Assembly: GCF_026210795.1 (NCBI RefSeq)
Contig: NC_089435.1
Coordinates: 930,001 to 994,000 of the forward strand
DNA: 64,000 nt
Source: Rhizophagus irregularis
Taxonomy: Eukaryota
Direction of reading: 5' to 3'
This document shows positions 39,686 to 51,800 of the stretch, piece by piece. The notes under the pieces are model-generated. The model made no database searches, was not told where the DNA came from, and worked only from the letters and a program-made list of their open reading frames with translations. Position numbers and translations under genes: made by a program. Each line of letters starts with the position of its first letter. Within the stretch, counting starts at the first letter, position 1.

Positions 39686-41381
39686 GTAAGTGAGTAACGG
39701 AAATTGGTTAAGTAAGTAACGTAATATTACTATTTTAGGTTACTCCCTCACGGAGCGTAAAGTCAATTATATTCCCCTTATATAAGTAAGGTACAGAAAA
39801 TAATATAGGGTTGCCTGGGCGATCATCGATCATCGTCTGGGTTTTTTTTGAAGTCCACAATTGTCACATGATGCACAATATATAGAGAATCGGCTGATAG
39901 CTGATCTGATCATTTTAACTTAGCTAATTTTGATCGGTTAAACTTAAAATTTTATTGCGAAGATATTTTTAAAAAATTTTTTTTGCAAACATATTTAATT
40001 CAAAATAATCTTATTTAATGAAATTTTATTCGTAAATATTAAAATTTAAGTCACACGTTTTAGATTTTAAAGAAATAATCACCATGTTTATTTAATTATT
40101 TTTAATGAAGTGATACAAAATAAAAAAAACAATAACAATAAATAAAAAAGATAAGTAAATTATAATGATCAAGGAAAAAGATGCTAATAAAAAAATGAAA
40201 TAACAATGGAGTAATGGAAAGTAATAGAAGATGAAAGGGAGTAAAAAAGAGCAATGAGAAGTGATAGGAAACAAAAAGGAGAAATAGGACATGATGAGAG
40301 ATAAAAAGGAGTGATGGGAAACGAAAAGAAGTGATGGGAGACGAAGATGAGTAATGAGAGACGAAAAGAAATGATGGGTGACAAAGAGGAGAGATGGGAG
40401 ACGAAAAGAAGTGATGAGAGACGAAAAGGAGAGATGGAAGACGAAAAGGGGAGATGGGAGACGAAAAGAAGTGATGAGAGACAAAAAGAAATGATGGGAG
40501 ACGAAAAGGAGTGATTGGAAACGAAAAGAAGTGATGGGAGATAAAGAGGAGTGATGGGAGACGAAAAGAAGTGATGAGAGACGAAAAAGAGAGATGGGAG
40601 ACGAAAAGAAGTGATGGGAGACAGAGAGGAGTGATGGAAGACGAAAGGAAGTGATGAGCCCCTTTTGGAAATTATTAAATAGTAAATTTGCCGATCATAA
40701 CGTGATCATAAATGATCGACAAACTTACTATTTAAAAATTTCCAAAAAGGGGAGAGACAAAAAGAAACGATGAGAGACGAAAAGGAGTGATGGGAGACGA
40801 AAAGAAGTGATGGGAGACGAAGAGGAGTGATGGAAGACGAAAGGAAGTGATGAGAAACAAAAAGAAATGATAGGAAGTAAATAGGAGAGAAAAAGAAATA
40901 ATGGAAAATGAAAAGATGTAAAAGAAATAATGGGAGACGAATAATGAGAAGTAATATGAGGTGAAAATGATGAGAGACAAAAAATAAAAAAATGATCATG
41001 ATAAGAGATTGGGTAATGATAGGAAAAATAAACCATAAAGTAAAAAAAAATGAAATTAGTAAGAAACGAAATATAAGATAAAAACGAAATAAAAAAAATA
41101 AATAAAAAATAAAAAAACATACCTTTATTAATTTTAGAACTGAAATGAAATAAAAAAACAACTGAACCTTAATTGCAGAACCAGAAGGAACCGAGGAAAT
41201 GAACCTATATTGAAAACGAGATTTGATAAACAAATAAACATGACGTGATCATGTGGCAAATAATAAGGAGTAGCGTTAAGTATTTACCAAAAAAATTTAC
41301 GTTCCGTACCTTATATAAGAGAAGTAACGTAATAGATCATGTGACTTTACGTTACTTTGCCAATTTCCGTTACTTACTTTC
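39686..41381. mobile_element. Composite: GTAACGGAAATTGG-ended MITE enclosing a TAGGGTTGCCTGGG-ended element with a 20-bp minisatellite
   Basis: Outer inverted ends gtaacggaaattgg / ccaatttccgttac; inner (gtgatgggagacgaaaagaa)n at ~40290-40870; no TSD resolved. Confidence 0.6.
40659..40751. mobile_element. 93-bp hairpin MITE with CCC/GGG ends and 3-bp TSD (GAG)
   Basis: gag|ccccttttggaaatt...aatttccaaaaaggg|gag; the empty site regenerates the minisatellite unit gtgatgagagac. Confidence 0.8.
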
Positions 41382-43790
41382 TATATATTCGTGTTGAATA
41401 ATTTAAGTTTCGCGAATGTAGATTTTTATTCTACTTATTAGACTATCGGGTGATTTTTGGTATTACATGGAAAATGCAAATTATTAAAATCATTCATTTA
41501 ATGCAAAGTACTTGCTGCAGTTAATTTTTTTCATCATTATTTATTCAAATAATTCTAGTCAATAATTTAACTTCTTATTTTATTATTTTAGTTAATTAAT
41601 TACCTTAAAATTCAAGATAATCGGTATTTATTGACTGATTAGTAATACATTTATTAATTATTAATTGTTTAAAATTTTTTTTCAGTAGGTCGCACCCACG
41701 TTCTAGAATGGATCAGGTACTACTTTGCTGCGGATGATCGGTAGGTTATTCCACTAAAAAAAAAAAAATTTGACAATTATTTCTAATAAATAATTTTTTT
41801 TTTCTTAATGAGACCCATCGGAAAGAATTGTTTTTCTCACCTTAGGTTTGGTCTTAGCGTTTTAAATGGAAGGAACCGATCATAATGGAAGCTGCTGTTT
41901 TCAGTTATCGTCAGTTTTTTCTTCTTTTTTTTTTTTTGAACTAAAATTTCTTTTGTTATTAAAAAATACTTTTTAGATTCTGATTTTTGATTTTTTTATC
42001 TTTTCATTAAAAAAATGCTTTTTTAGATGAAAAAATTTCCGAATTTGGTTTTTTTTTTACCCAAAAAATTATTTATGATAATTGCATTTTTTTGCACAAA
42101 TTTTATTAAATAATAAAAACAATTAATAAAATGAATAAAAAAAAGATAACAGATAAAATGTAATTTTTTCATTAATTAAAAATATAAAAAAAAATTGGGA
42201 GAAAATTAATTTTTAAAAATAATAACAGTACTGTACGCTTATATTTATCAAAATTTTATATAATAAAATGCTTTAATTTTATATTGTTTGAAAGCCAAAG
42301 TTTTAAAGAATAAATATATGAATTTTTTATATTTTTGTCTTTTTAGAAATTAACAAGTATCTATAAAAAAAATTATTCTTTTTTTTTTTTAATTTAACGA
42401 TCAATCAGAAATTTTTCAATTTTTTTTTAATTAATACAGCCCTATAAAGTTTAAAAAGTATGAAAATTTGACCCAATATTCTTTAAAATCTATGTTATCA
42501 CATATTAAAATTTCAAGCATTTTTATTATGTGTAATTTTAAGTAATTAACAAAAATAGAGGATCCAATGTAACAATTACCAAATTCTTTTTTAATTAACA
42601 TAGTTATATGAAGGCTAGAACTATGAAATTTTGAATATATGTTTTGTAGGGTCTACGTCAACATATTAAAATTTCAAGTATTATTGTTATGTATAATTTT
42701 GAGTAATTAACAAAATAGAAGATCCAATACTTTTATCTAAGTAGCGTACTTTCAGTTGTCAGAAAAAACTATGTCTTTCCGTATAGAAGCCATAGTGCGA
42801 GATAAACTAAATTTTTTTTGTTAAAAATGAAATTTATGGATTAACAAGTTTCACAAAATTTCGTAAACAAAGCAAACGAGTTAATTGTCACGCTCATGCA
42901 TAATATAAATAAATATTGTACGGTACAGGTGATAAATAGAGTGATGATTAATGTGATGAAATTGTGCTGCAGGGGCTGCAGGTGCATAAATAAAAAAAAA
43001 ACGCCAGAGAATTTCTGAATCACGTGATAACTGTAAAAAGAGATTATGTAATTTGAAAATCTTGATGATGAACATGCATAATTATTTATATTGAATTTAT
43101 ATTACGTTTAACTAATTTTGAATTAAATCATCTGGCGCATTAAATATAAAAATTCAAAACCCTCTGTTTAATATAGTAGTTTGTGCTTTAAATTAAGCAA
43201 TTATAACATTCGAATTAATTATACAATTCACTGTTGACTAATAAAAAACCATGGTATAAAGTTAAACAAGTCGTACGTTTTACACCATAACCCTTTATAG
43301 TAACGTTATCATACTTGATTTATATTGTTTCTGCTATATTACAAAATAAATTGGAAGAAAAATAGAATTTACTAATTCGACATGTCACAGGATTAATACT
43401 TATAAAATTCTCCTAATTTTTTTTTTATTTTTTTATAAAAAAAGTACAGTACGTCAAAATTAAACTTTTTTTCTGATATAAAAAGATTTTGCAAAAAAAT
43501 GTGATATTTTTTTTATTATGAAAAATCATAAATTGTGTAATAAACTTGAGAGTTTATATTTATTTTCTTAAATTCGCTATGACGTCTCAAATTTTGTGTT
43601 AAATAGGAATATCAAAATTAGAAATTAGAAGTTAACCAAATCTAATAAATTAACTAATGATAAAATATTTATAAGCATGATCTATTAGTTATCGTATAAC
43701 AATCCAATCGCGCATAATTTTAAGTTTAGATTTATCTACAATTACCAAATTTGTTCAAATTATAACTAAACGTGGTTTAACACTTTGCAG

Positions 43791-44595
43791 TAGGGTTTCG
43801 ATCCGTTATCCGAATTAGAATCCGTATTGAAATCCGTATTTCGGATTTAGATCCGGATTAAGACTTGTAATACGGATTAAAATCCGGATTAAATTATATT
43901 ATCCGGATTAAATCCGAATTAGACTTATGATAATTATAAATTTTTTTTTTATTCTTTTAATAATATTAGTATGCAATATAAATTTATTACACTTATATTC
44001 TAATTATGCTTCATCTTCTAAGTTATTCCAATCTGGCGCGAAAACTTCCATAACTTTAATATTTCGTTTTCAAAAGTGCATTTTAGTCACTATTCCCTTT
44101 CATCCAAGAATTTACATATGCATAGTTCTCCATTAACATTAAAACATTTTGTAAAATAACTATTTGCGATACTTGTATATTTTCTTTTAGCACTGCCCTC
44201 TTTTATAAATATTAATTAAAAAAAGATAAATTTTTATTCTTTTTAATAAAAAGAATTATTTTACAACCTTTTCTTCTAATTTCATGGGCAGTAGTCGCTA
44301 AATTTGTAATTCTTTGGACTTAAAGGGCTTTGTAAACTTCTATTAGGAAAATTTTCATTATCCAAATAATCCAAATAATAACTTAAGTGAGACGTAAAGA
44401 ATTTTGTTTACAAGTAAATAGTGATTATTAATATAGCAAATCAGTATTAAAGTATTTATATATTAATCCGGATTACAATCCGTCCAAACTGCTAATCCGG
44501 ATTACACAATCCGTCTAAATCCGTCGTAAGGATCATCCTAATTAAGCTCGGATAACGGATTTATCCGGATAGCTTAAAAAAGGATCGAAACCCTA
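43791..44595. mobile_element. Non-autonomous hAT-like element with TAGGGTTTCGATCC TIRs and ATCCG/CGGAT subterminal motifs
   Basis: Perfect 14-bp TIR and many short subterminal motifs; no matching 8-bp TSD, so the superfamily is tentative. Confidence 0.7.
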
Positions 44596-46464
44596 CCTGA
44601 TACACGATTTTTTTTGCCTGATACGCGAATTTTTGCCTGATACACGATTTATTATAACCATTTTTAATTATAAAAAATCACGTGATACCGGATAATAGAT
44701 TATATCTTGTAAAATCGTACATATTCGGAACTCGACATAATGACTATATGATATAATGGTAAGTCTATAATTTTTCTTTTCGTTCAAAAATATTCATTAA
44801 AAATAGAAAATAATAATATTACAAGTTGTATGATACAGTACTATTTTTTTTTAATAACAATTAGAATATGGGATAATATTAATTAATTTCAATTATTTCA
44901 CTATTTGTAATGGTGCTAACTTACAGGGATTTCCTTGTTATCATCCCAGGGCCCAGTCTACGTCTATATTGAATAAAATAAAATAAAATAAATAAACCTT
45001 TTGTCAATAGTAAAGAAAACTTACAAAATACTTTGCAGAAACTATAAAATTTTTCCTGATACTGATATGGTATCAATAAAATACCAATATTATTCCAGTT
45101 TATATTCCTATAATGGTATGTCACGAAACATTTACCATTAAGTAACGGTAAAAATAACACACATCATTGAGTATCATTACAATGTTATCACTATATTATT
45201 GCACGAATCTTAAAGACATCATATTGAGATTGTTGAGAATTTAATACTGTAATGCCACATTGTTATCATAATTGTAATATTAATTTATTAACATATATAT
45301 TAATTATATAAAATATAGTACATTATAAATATATTATTTAATGTAAAATAAAATTGTCTAAAAATTAAATTAATCCCATCACTATACTATTACCATCATT
45401 TTTTCTTTCCTCTTGTTATAATTGGATAGCCGCGGATTTTTAAGCGATCAACGTATTAAATTTCCGTTGACATAGCGCCCCAGGTGACACAACTATAACA
45501 AGGTGGGAACCTGATTTAGACAAAGGTATCACTGATTGATCTCTTTAGATACGCCTGCAGATAAAGAATTGAAGTTATTAATTTTGTTTTCGCTCCCTTC
45601 AAATAGATGTATCCATTATTACATTACTACCTCTTTTCTCTCCTCTCTACTTTCTTCCTGCTATTCCCCCACTTCTATTTTTTAGTAATAGTTCAACAAA
45701 ATATGCTTCCAATCTTACTAATGACTTTACTTATCATAAACTTTATTGCGCTACTCTCTTCTCTCTCTTTCCTTGCAATCAAGTTTCTTCTCTTCTTTTC
45801 CTTTCTTCGTGCAGTTACTACTTTATTTCTCCTTTACAATTCTTCATTTTATTCATTAGACATCAAAAAAAAAACTTCCCGAATCCTGTGAAAAGAAATT
45901 AGAAGAGGCTATCTAAGAAAAAAATAACGAAATATGAATACCTGTTTGTTAATATAAACAAATTAAAAAAGAAAAAAAAATACTACTCAAAAACCAACAT
46001 GTCTAAGGAGATCCAGGGACCAAAAACTGGCTGCCTAAAAACAAAATAATCCAACTAAATTCCATGCACCTAGAACCGTCTAAAAGAAAGCAAACCAAAA
46101 TATTAAAAAAAAGAATTTCATGCAACCAAATACTGAAACACAATCTGTCTAAAGAGAAAAGAAACAAGAAGTGTAATAAATGTTGAATGTTTGATAAAAT
46201 AATAATTAAAATAAAAAATATATAGAAAATTCACAAACAAAAGTAGAAAATTTATGAAATGTCATGTCCGGGAGCCGCCTAAAAAAAAAATCAAACCTTT
46301 ATATAGAATTTGATTTTTTTTTTATGGGTACTTTCCAACTCTCTTTTCAAACAAAATATGAAAGAAGGAAAGGAAAAGAGTACAAGGAACAAAGGGAAAA
46401 ACAAAGGAAGTGAGATAGAAATAATGGAGGGAAAAAGTAAGTTAAAAAAAAATATTTAAAAAGA

Positions 46465-47160
46465 AAAAAGCGTGTGAAAGGGGAGTTAAAAAGTCAAAAA
46501 AGGTTATTTTAAAAAGAGCAAGTAAAAGGGGAGATAAAGAAAGTTAAAGTTTATTTTAAAACGAAAAAAGCGAGTGAAAGGGGAGTTAAAAAGTCAAAAA
46601 AGGTTATTTTAAAAAGAGCAAGTGAAAGGAGAGATAAAGAAAGTTAAAGTTTATTTTAAAACGAAAAAAGCGAGTGAAAGGGGAGTTAAAAAGTCAAAAA
46701 AGGTTATTTTAAAAAGAGCAAGTGAAAGGGGAGATAAAGAAAGTTAAAGTTTATTTTAAAATGAAAAAAGCGAGTGAAAGGGGAGTTAAAAAGTCAAAAA
46801 AGGTTATTTTAAAAAGAGCAAGTGAAAGGGGAGATAAAGAAAGTTAAAGTTTATTTTAAAATGAAAAAAGCGAGTGAAAGGGGAGTTAAAAAGTCAAAAA
46901 AGGTTATTTTGAAAAGAGCAAGTAAAAGGGGAGATAAAGAAAGTTAAAGTTTATTTTAAAACGAAAAAAGCGAGTGAAAGGGGAGTTAAAAAGTCAAAAA
47001 AGGTTATTTTAAAAAGAGCAAGTGAAAGGGGAGATAAAGAAAGTTAAAGTTTATTTTAAAATGAAAAAAGCGAGTGAAAGGGGAGTTAAAAAGTCAAAAA
47101 AGGTTATTTTAAAAAGAGCAAGTGAAAGGGGAGATAAAGAAAGAAAAAAAAGCGAGTGAA
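46465..47160. repeat. 100-bp purine-rich tandem repeat (dimer of ~50-bp subunits), about seven copies
   Basis: aaaaagcgagtgaaaggggagttaaaaagtc recurs every 100 bp. Confidence 0.95.
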
Positions 47161-47680
47161 AGATAAAAAAAAGTTCATATTAAAAAAGATCGAACTGGTG
47201 GCATATCACGTGATATATAAATACTAGGAGCTTTTCCCGAAATTTTAAAATACTGTGAAAATACCTATAATACGCTTTTTCTATATACTATATTTTTGAT
47301 GAATTAACAATATTATAAAAAGAATTGTTTTGGTACAGCCAAAATGTCATGTGAAATCCCATTGCGATACTGGATTAACATCGGAACAATTCGTTAAAAA
47401 AAAAGGATCGTCACATTACCCTAAATATATTTTGTATATGTTTTAGTAATAACGTAACGATACCTTGCAAAAATTCAAGGTTTCTGCAAAGTAGTTAATA
47501 TTTCGTTATTAGTAACTTTAAATTTTTAAATTAAATAATAAATAATTTTAATAATATCGGGTTGAGAGTCAAACTATTAAGAAAAAGACTATTATCCAAA
47601 ATTTTTAGAAATAAAATTTTAAAATATGAATTACTAAAGTGCATGGTTTAGGAAACAGAAACCCGTTATTATTGTTATTA

Positions 47681-48017
47681 TCGCCTTTTTCAAATTAATG
47701 CGACCCTTACATAACACCTCAATTTGTAATTATCTGCAATTTTATTGTACCATTATATAGAAAAGGATAATTATCAGCGACTTCTAGAAGAAATTTTAGT
47801 AATTTCTTGATTCTTAGGGTAATTTCATTATAAACGATCTTTTTAAAATTTTGTGTAACACTAACGTTTTTAGCAAGGAAACTACTCTAAGAACTGAGAA
47901 ATCACCGAAATTTCTTCCATAATCAGCCCTTTTCTACATATAAATGATACATTAAAATTGCAGATAATTCACAAATTAGGGGTATTATTTGGGGGCGCAC
48001 TAATTTGAAAAGGAGAC
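47681..48017. mobile_element. Old palindromic MITE
   Basis: tttcaaattaatgcgaccc...aattatctgcaatttta pairs with taaaattgcagataatt...gggcgcactaatttgaaa. Confidence 0.6.
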
Positions 48018-48868
48018 AAGTCCGAAATGCTATTTTAGGTCTTAATACTGTTTTATTATTGTATATCATCATGTGCTGGACGGCATATCACCTTGCGTAG
48101 AATTATGTTACATTTCGGACAAATCCGTTGATCATATGTGTCCAGAAAATTTTCTTCCACTTCCTAATATTCCATTGATCTTTTCTATGTAAAGAGTAAA
48201 GGGCTTTCGGATAATACCCTAAAAAATATTTTTTTAATATTATTATATGTATTTCAGGATTTTTAATTTATAATAATCATTTATTGTATGTCTGAGAACA
48301 GAGAAATTACTATTGAATGTAACCATCATCAAAGCGAAATAATTCAATTATATTAGTATAATAATTTTCGTGCACCTATATATTGAGTTTTATTTATGAA
48401 AATATTCAATTTGCTTATTTTTCTAACAATTTTATTGGTGAAAACGTTGATAAAAATGCTTCGACTAACTTATCGACATGGTTTAACGCAGATCAGTTGA
48501 TGATCTGGAAAAAAAATGATCCGAAAAAAATCTGCATTGGTTTATTATAACTTCTACTTTTGGCTTTTTTAAAATTGAAAAAAGGCAATTTCAATAATAC
48601 ATTTGATTCTTAATTAATAGAAAAGGGGAATCTGAATTTTTGGTCAGAATTTTTTTATTGGTTCACTTTGCTGATTATAGTCGTTAGCTTAATAATATAA
48701 ATTACTAAAATTCTGACTTACTTCCTTTTTAATTGACGCCCTCCCATACCCTTTTCCTTGAATTCTGACGACAACATATACATGACATAGTATATAAAAA
48801 AAATTTGTTCAAAAGGAAATAATATTTTTTTTTTCAGTAAAATAAAATTTTTAAAATAACCAAATAAA

Positions 48869-51800
48869 ATGGGAATCAAATATAGTGATTTAAATATTTC
48901 AGATAAAGCTACTGATACAGTAGAAGCCAAAAATTGTCTATATTGCAATAAACCTTTTATTGAAAAATTATGGTGCAAAGAATGTATTAATTCTTTAGAG
49001 AAATTAGCAGAAAATGGTGATAAAAAAGCAATGAATAATTTAGCCCTTCATTATAAAAATGGAAAAGGAACAGAAAAGAATTTAGAGAGAGCCTTTTATT
49101 GGTATCAAAAATCAGCAGAAAATGGCGATGAAGATGCAATGTTTAATTTAGCCCTGCATTATAAAAATGGAAAAGGAACAGAAAAGAATTTAGAAAAAGC
49201 CTTTCATTGGTATCAAAAAGCAGCAGAAAAAGGTCATAAAGAAGCAATGCATAATTTAGCTATTACTTATTATAATGGAGAAGGCACAGCAAAAAATTTA
49301 GAAAAAGCCTTTTATTGGTTTCAAAAATCAGCAGAAAATGACAATAAAAAAGCAATGATTGTTTTAGCCGCATGTTATTACAATGGAGAAGGAACAGAAA
49401 AGAATTTAGAAAAAGCCTTTTATTGGTATCAAAAAGCAGCAGAAAATGGGGATAAAGAAGCAATGTTCAATTTAGCTATATGTTTTGAAAATGGAGAAGG
49501 AACTGAAAAGAATTTTAAAAAATCCTTTTATTGGTATCAAAAAGTAGCAGCAGAAAATGGTGATAATCAAGAAATGTTGAATTTAGCCATATGTTATTAT
49601 AATGGAGAAGGAACAGAAAAGAATTTAGAAAAAGCCTTTTATTGGTGTCAAAAAGCAGCAGAAAACAGTGTTGAAGAAGCAATGTTTTATTTAGCTGAAT
49701 ATTATAAAAATGGAGAAGGAACAGAAAAAAATTTAGAAAAAGCCTTTTATTGGTATCAAAAAGCAGCAGAAAATGGTAATGAAAAAGCCATGTTCAACTT
49801 AGCAATATGTTATGAAAATGGAGAAGGAGTAGAAAAGACTTTAGAAAAAGCATTTTATTGGTATCAAAAAGCAGCAGAAATTGATTACACTAATGCAATG
49901 TTTAATTTAGCTATGTGTCATAAAAATGGAGAAGGAACAGAAAAGAATTTAGAAAAATCCTTTTATTGGTATCAAAAAGCAGCAGAAAATGGTGATAAAA
50001 AAGCAATGTTCAATTTAGCTAATAGTTATAATAATGGAGAGGGAACAGAAAAGAATTTCATTAAAGCCTTTTATTGGTATCAAAGAGCGGCAGAAAATGA
50101 TGTTAGTGAAGCAATGTTTAATTTAGCCAATATATATGCAAATGGAGAAGGAACAGAAAAAAATTTAGAAAAAGCCTTTTATTGGTATCAAATAGCAGCA
50201 GAAAATGGTGATAAAAAAGCAATGTTTATTTTAGCCACATGCTATGAAAATGGCGAAGGAACAGAAAAGAATTTAGAAAAAGCCTTTCATTTGTATCAAA
50301 AAGCAGCGGAGAATAGTGTTGAAGAAGCAATGTTTAATTTAGCCATGTATTATAAAAGTGGAGAAGGAACAGAAAAAAATTTAGAAAAAGCCTTTTACTG
50401 GTATCAAAAAGCAGCAGAAAATGGTAATGAAAAAGCCATGCTTAACTTAGCTATATGTTATGAAAATGGAGAAGGAACAGAAAAGAATTTGGAAAAATCC
50501 TTTCATTGGTATCAAAATGTAGCAGCAGAAAATGGAGATATTCAAGTAATGTTGAATTTAGCCATATGTTATTATAAAGGAAAAGGAACAGAAAAGAATT
50601 TAGAAAAAGCCTTTCATTGGTTTCAAAAAGCATCAGAAAATGGTAAGGAAAGTGCAATGTTTATTTTAGGTCTATGTTATAACAATGGAGAAGGAACAGA
50701 AAAGAATTTAGAAAAAGCCTTTTATTGGTATCAAAAAGCAGCAGAAAATGGTGATGGACTAGCAATGTTTTATTTAGCTGTATTTTATCATTATGGAAAA
50801 GGAATAGAAAAGAATATAGATAAGGCCTTTCATTGTTATCAAAAAGCAGCAGAAAATGGGAATAAAGAAGCAATGTTTAATTTAGCTGTATGTCATAGAA
50901 TTGGAGAAGGAACAGAAAAGAATTTAGAAAAATCCTTTTATTGGCATCAAAAAGCAGCAGAAAATGGGGATAAAAAAGCAATGAATAATCTAGCCACATG
51001 TTATATTAATGGAGAAGGAACAGAAATAAATTTAGAAAAAGCCTTTTATTGGTATCAAAAAGCAGCAGAAGAAGGTGTTAAAGAAGCAATGATTAATTTA
51101 GCTATATGTTATGATAATGGCAAAGGAACAGAAAAGAATTTAGAAAAAGCCTTTTATTGGTGTCAAAAAGCAGCAGAAAATGATGATAGAGAAGCAATGA
51201 TTGTTTTAGCCGCATGTTATGGTAATGGCAAAGGAACAGAAAAGAATTTAGAAAAAGCCTTTTATTGGTATCAAAAAGCGGCAGAAAATGATAATAGAGA
51301 AGCAATGATTGTTTTAGCCGCATGTTATGGTAATGGCAAAGGAACAGAAAAGAATTTAGAAAAATCCTTTTATTGGTATCAAAAAGCAGCAGAAGAAGGT
51401 GATAAGAAAGCAATGTTTATTTTAGCTCAATATTATGAAAATGGAGAAGGAACAGAAAAGAATTTAGAAAAAGCCTTTTATTGGAATCAAAAAGCAGCGG
51501 AAAATGGGATTAAAGAAGCAATGAATAATCTAGCCACATGTTATAAAAATGGAGAAGGAACAGAGGAAGATTTAGAAAAAGCCTTTTATTTGTATCAAAA
51601 AGCAGCAGAAGAAGGTGTTAAAGAAGCAATGTTCAATTCAGCCATATGTTTTAAAAATGGAGAAGGAACAGAAAAGAATTTAGAAAAAGCCTTTTATTGG
51701 TATGAAAAAGCAGCAGAAAATGGTGTTAAGCAAGCAATGTTCAATTTAGCTATATGTTTTAAAAATGGAGAAGGAACAGAAAAGAATTCAAAAAAATTCT

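Noticed and set aside
40092..41233. Hydrophobic ORFs here and at 59200-61601
   Set aside because: Translations of 20-bp minisatellites and T-rich repeats.
41805..42800. Possible old TIR element with an internal ~165-bp duplication
   Set aside because: Ends (cggaaaga / tctttccg) are too degenerate and there is no TSD.
44000..44400. BED-finger-like remnant inside the TAGGG element
   Set aside because: Only a short Cys-containing stretch; the motif is incomplete.
45370..46270. Possible decayed gene or LINE fragment on the minus strand
   Set aside because: Purine-rich and coding-like but full of stops, with no recognisable motif.
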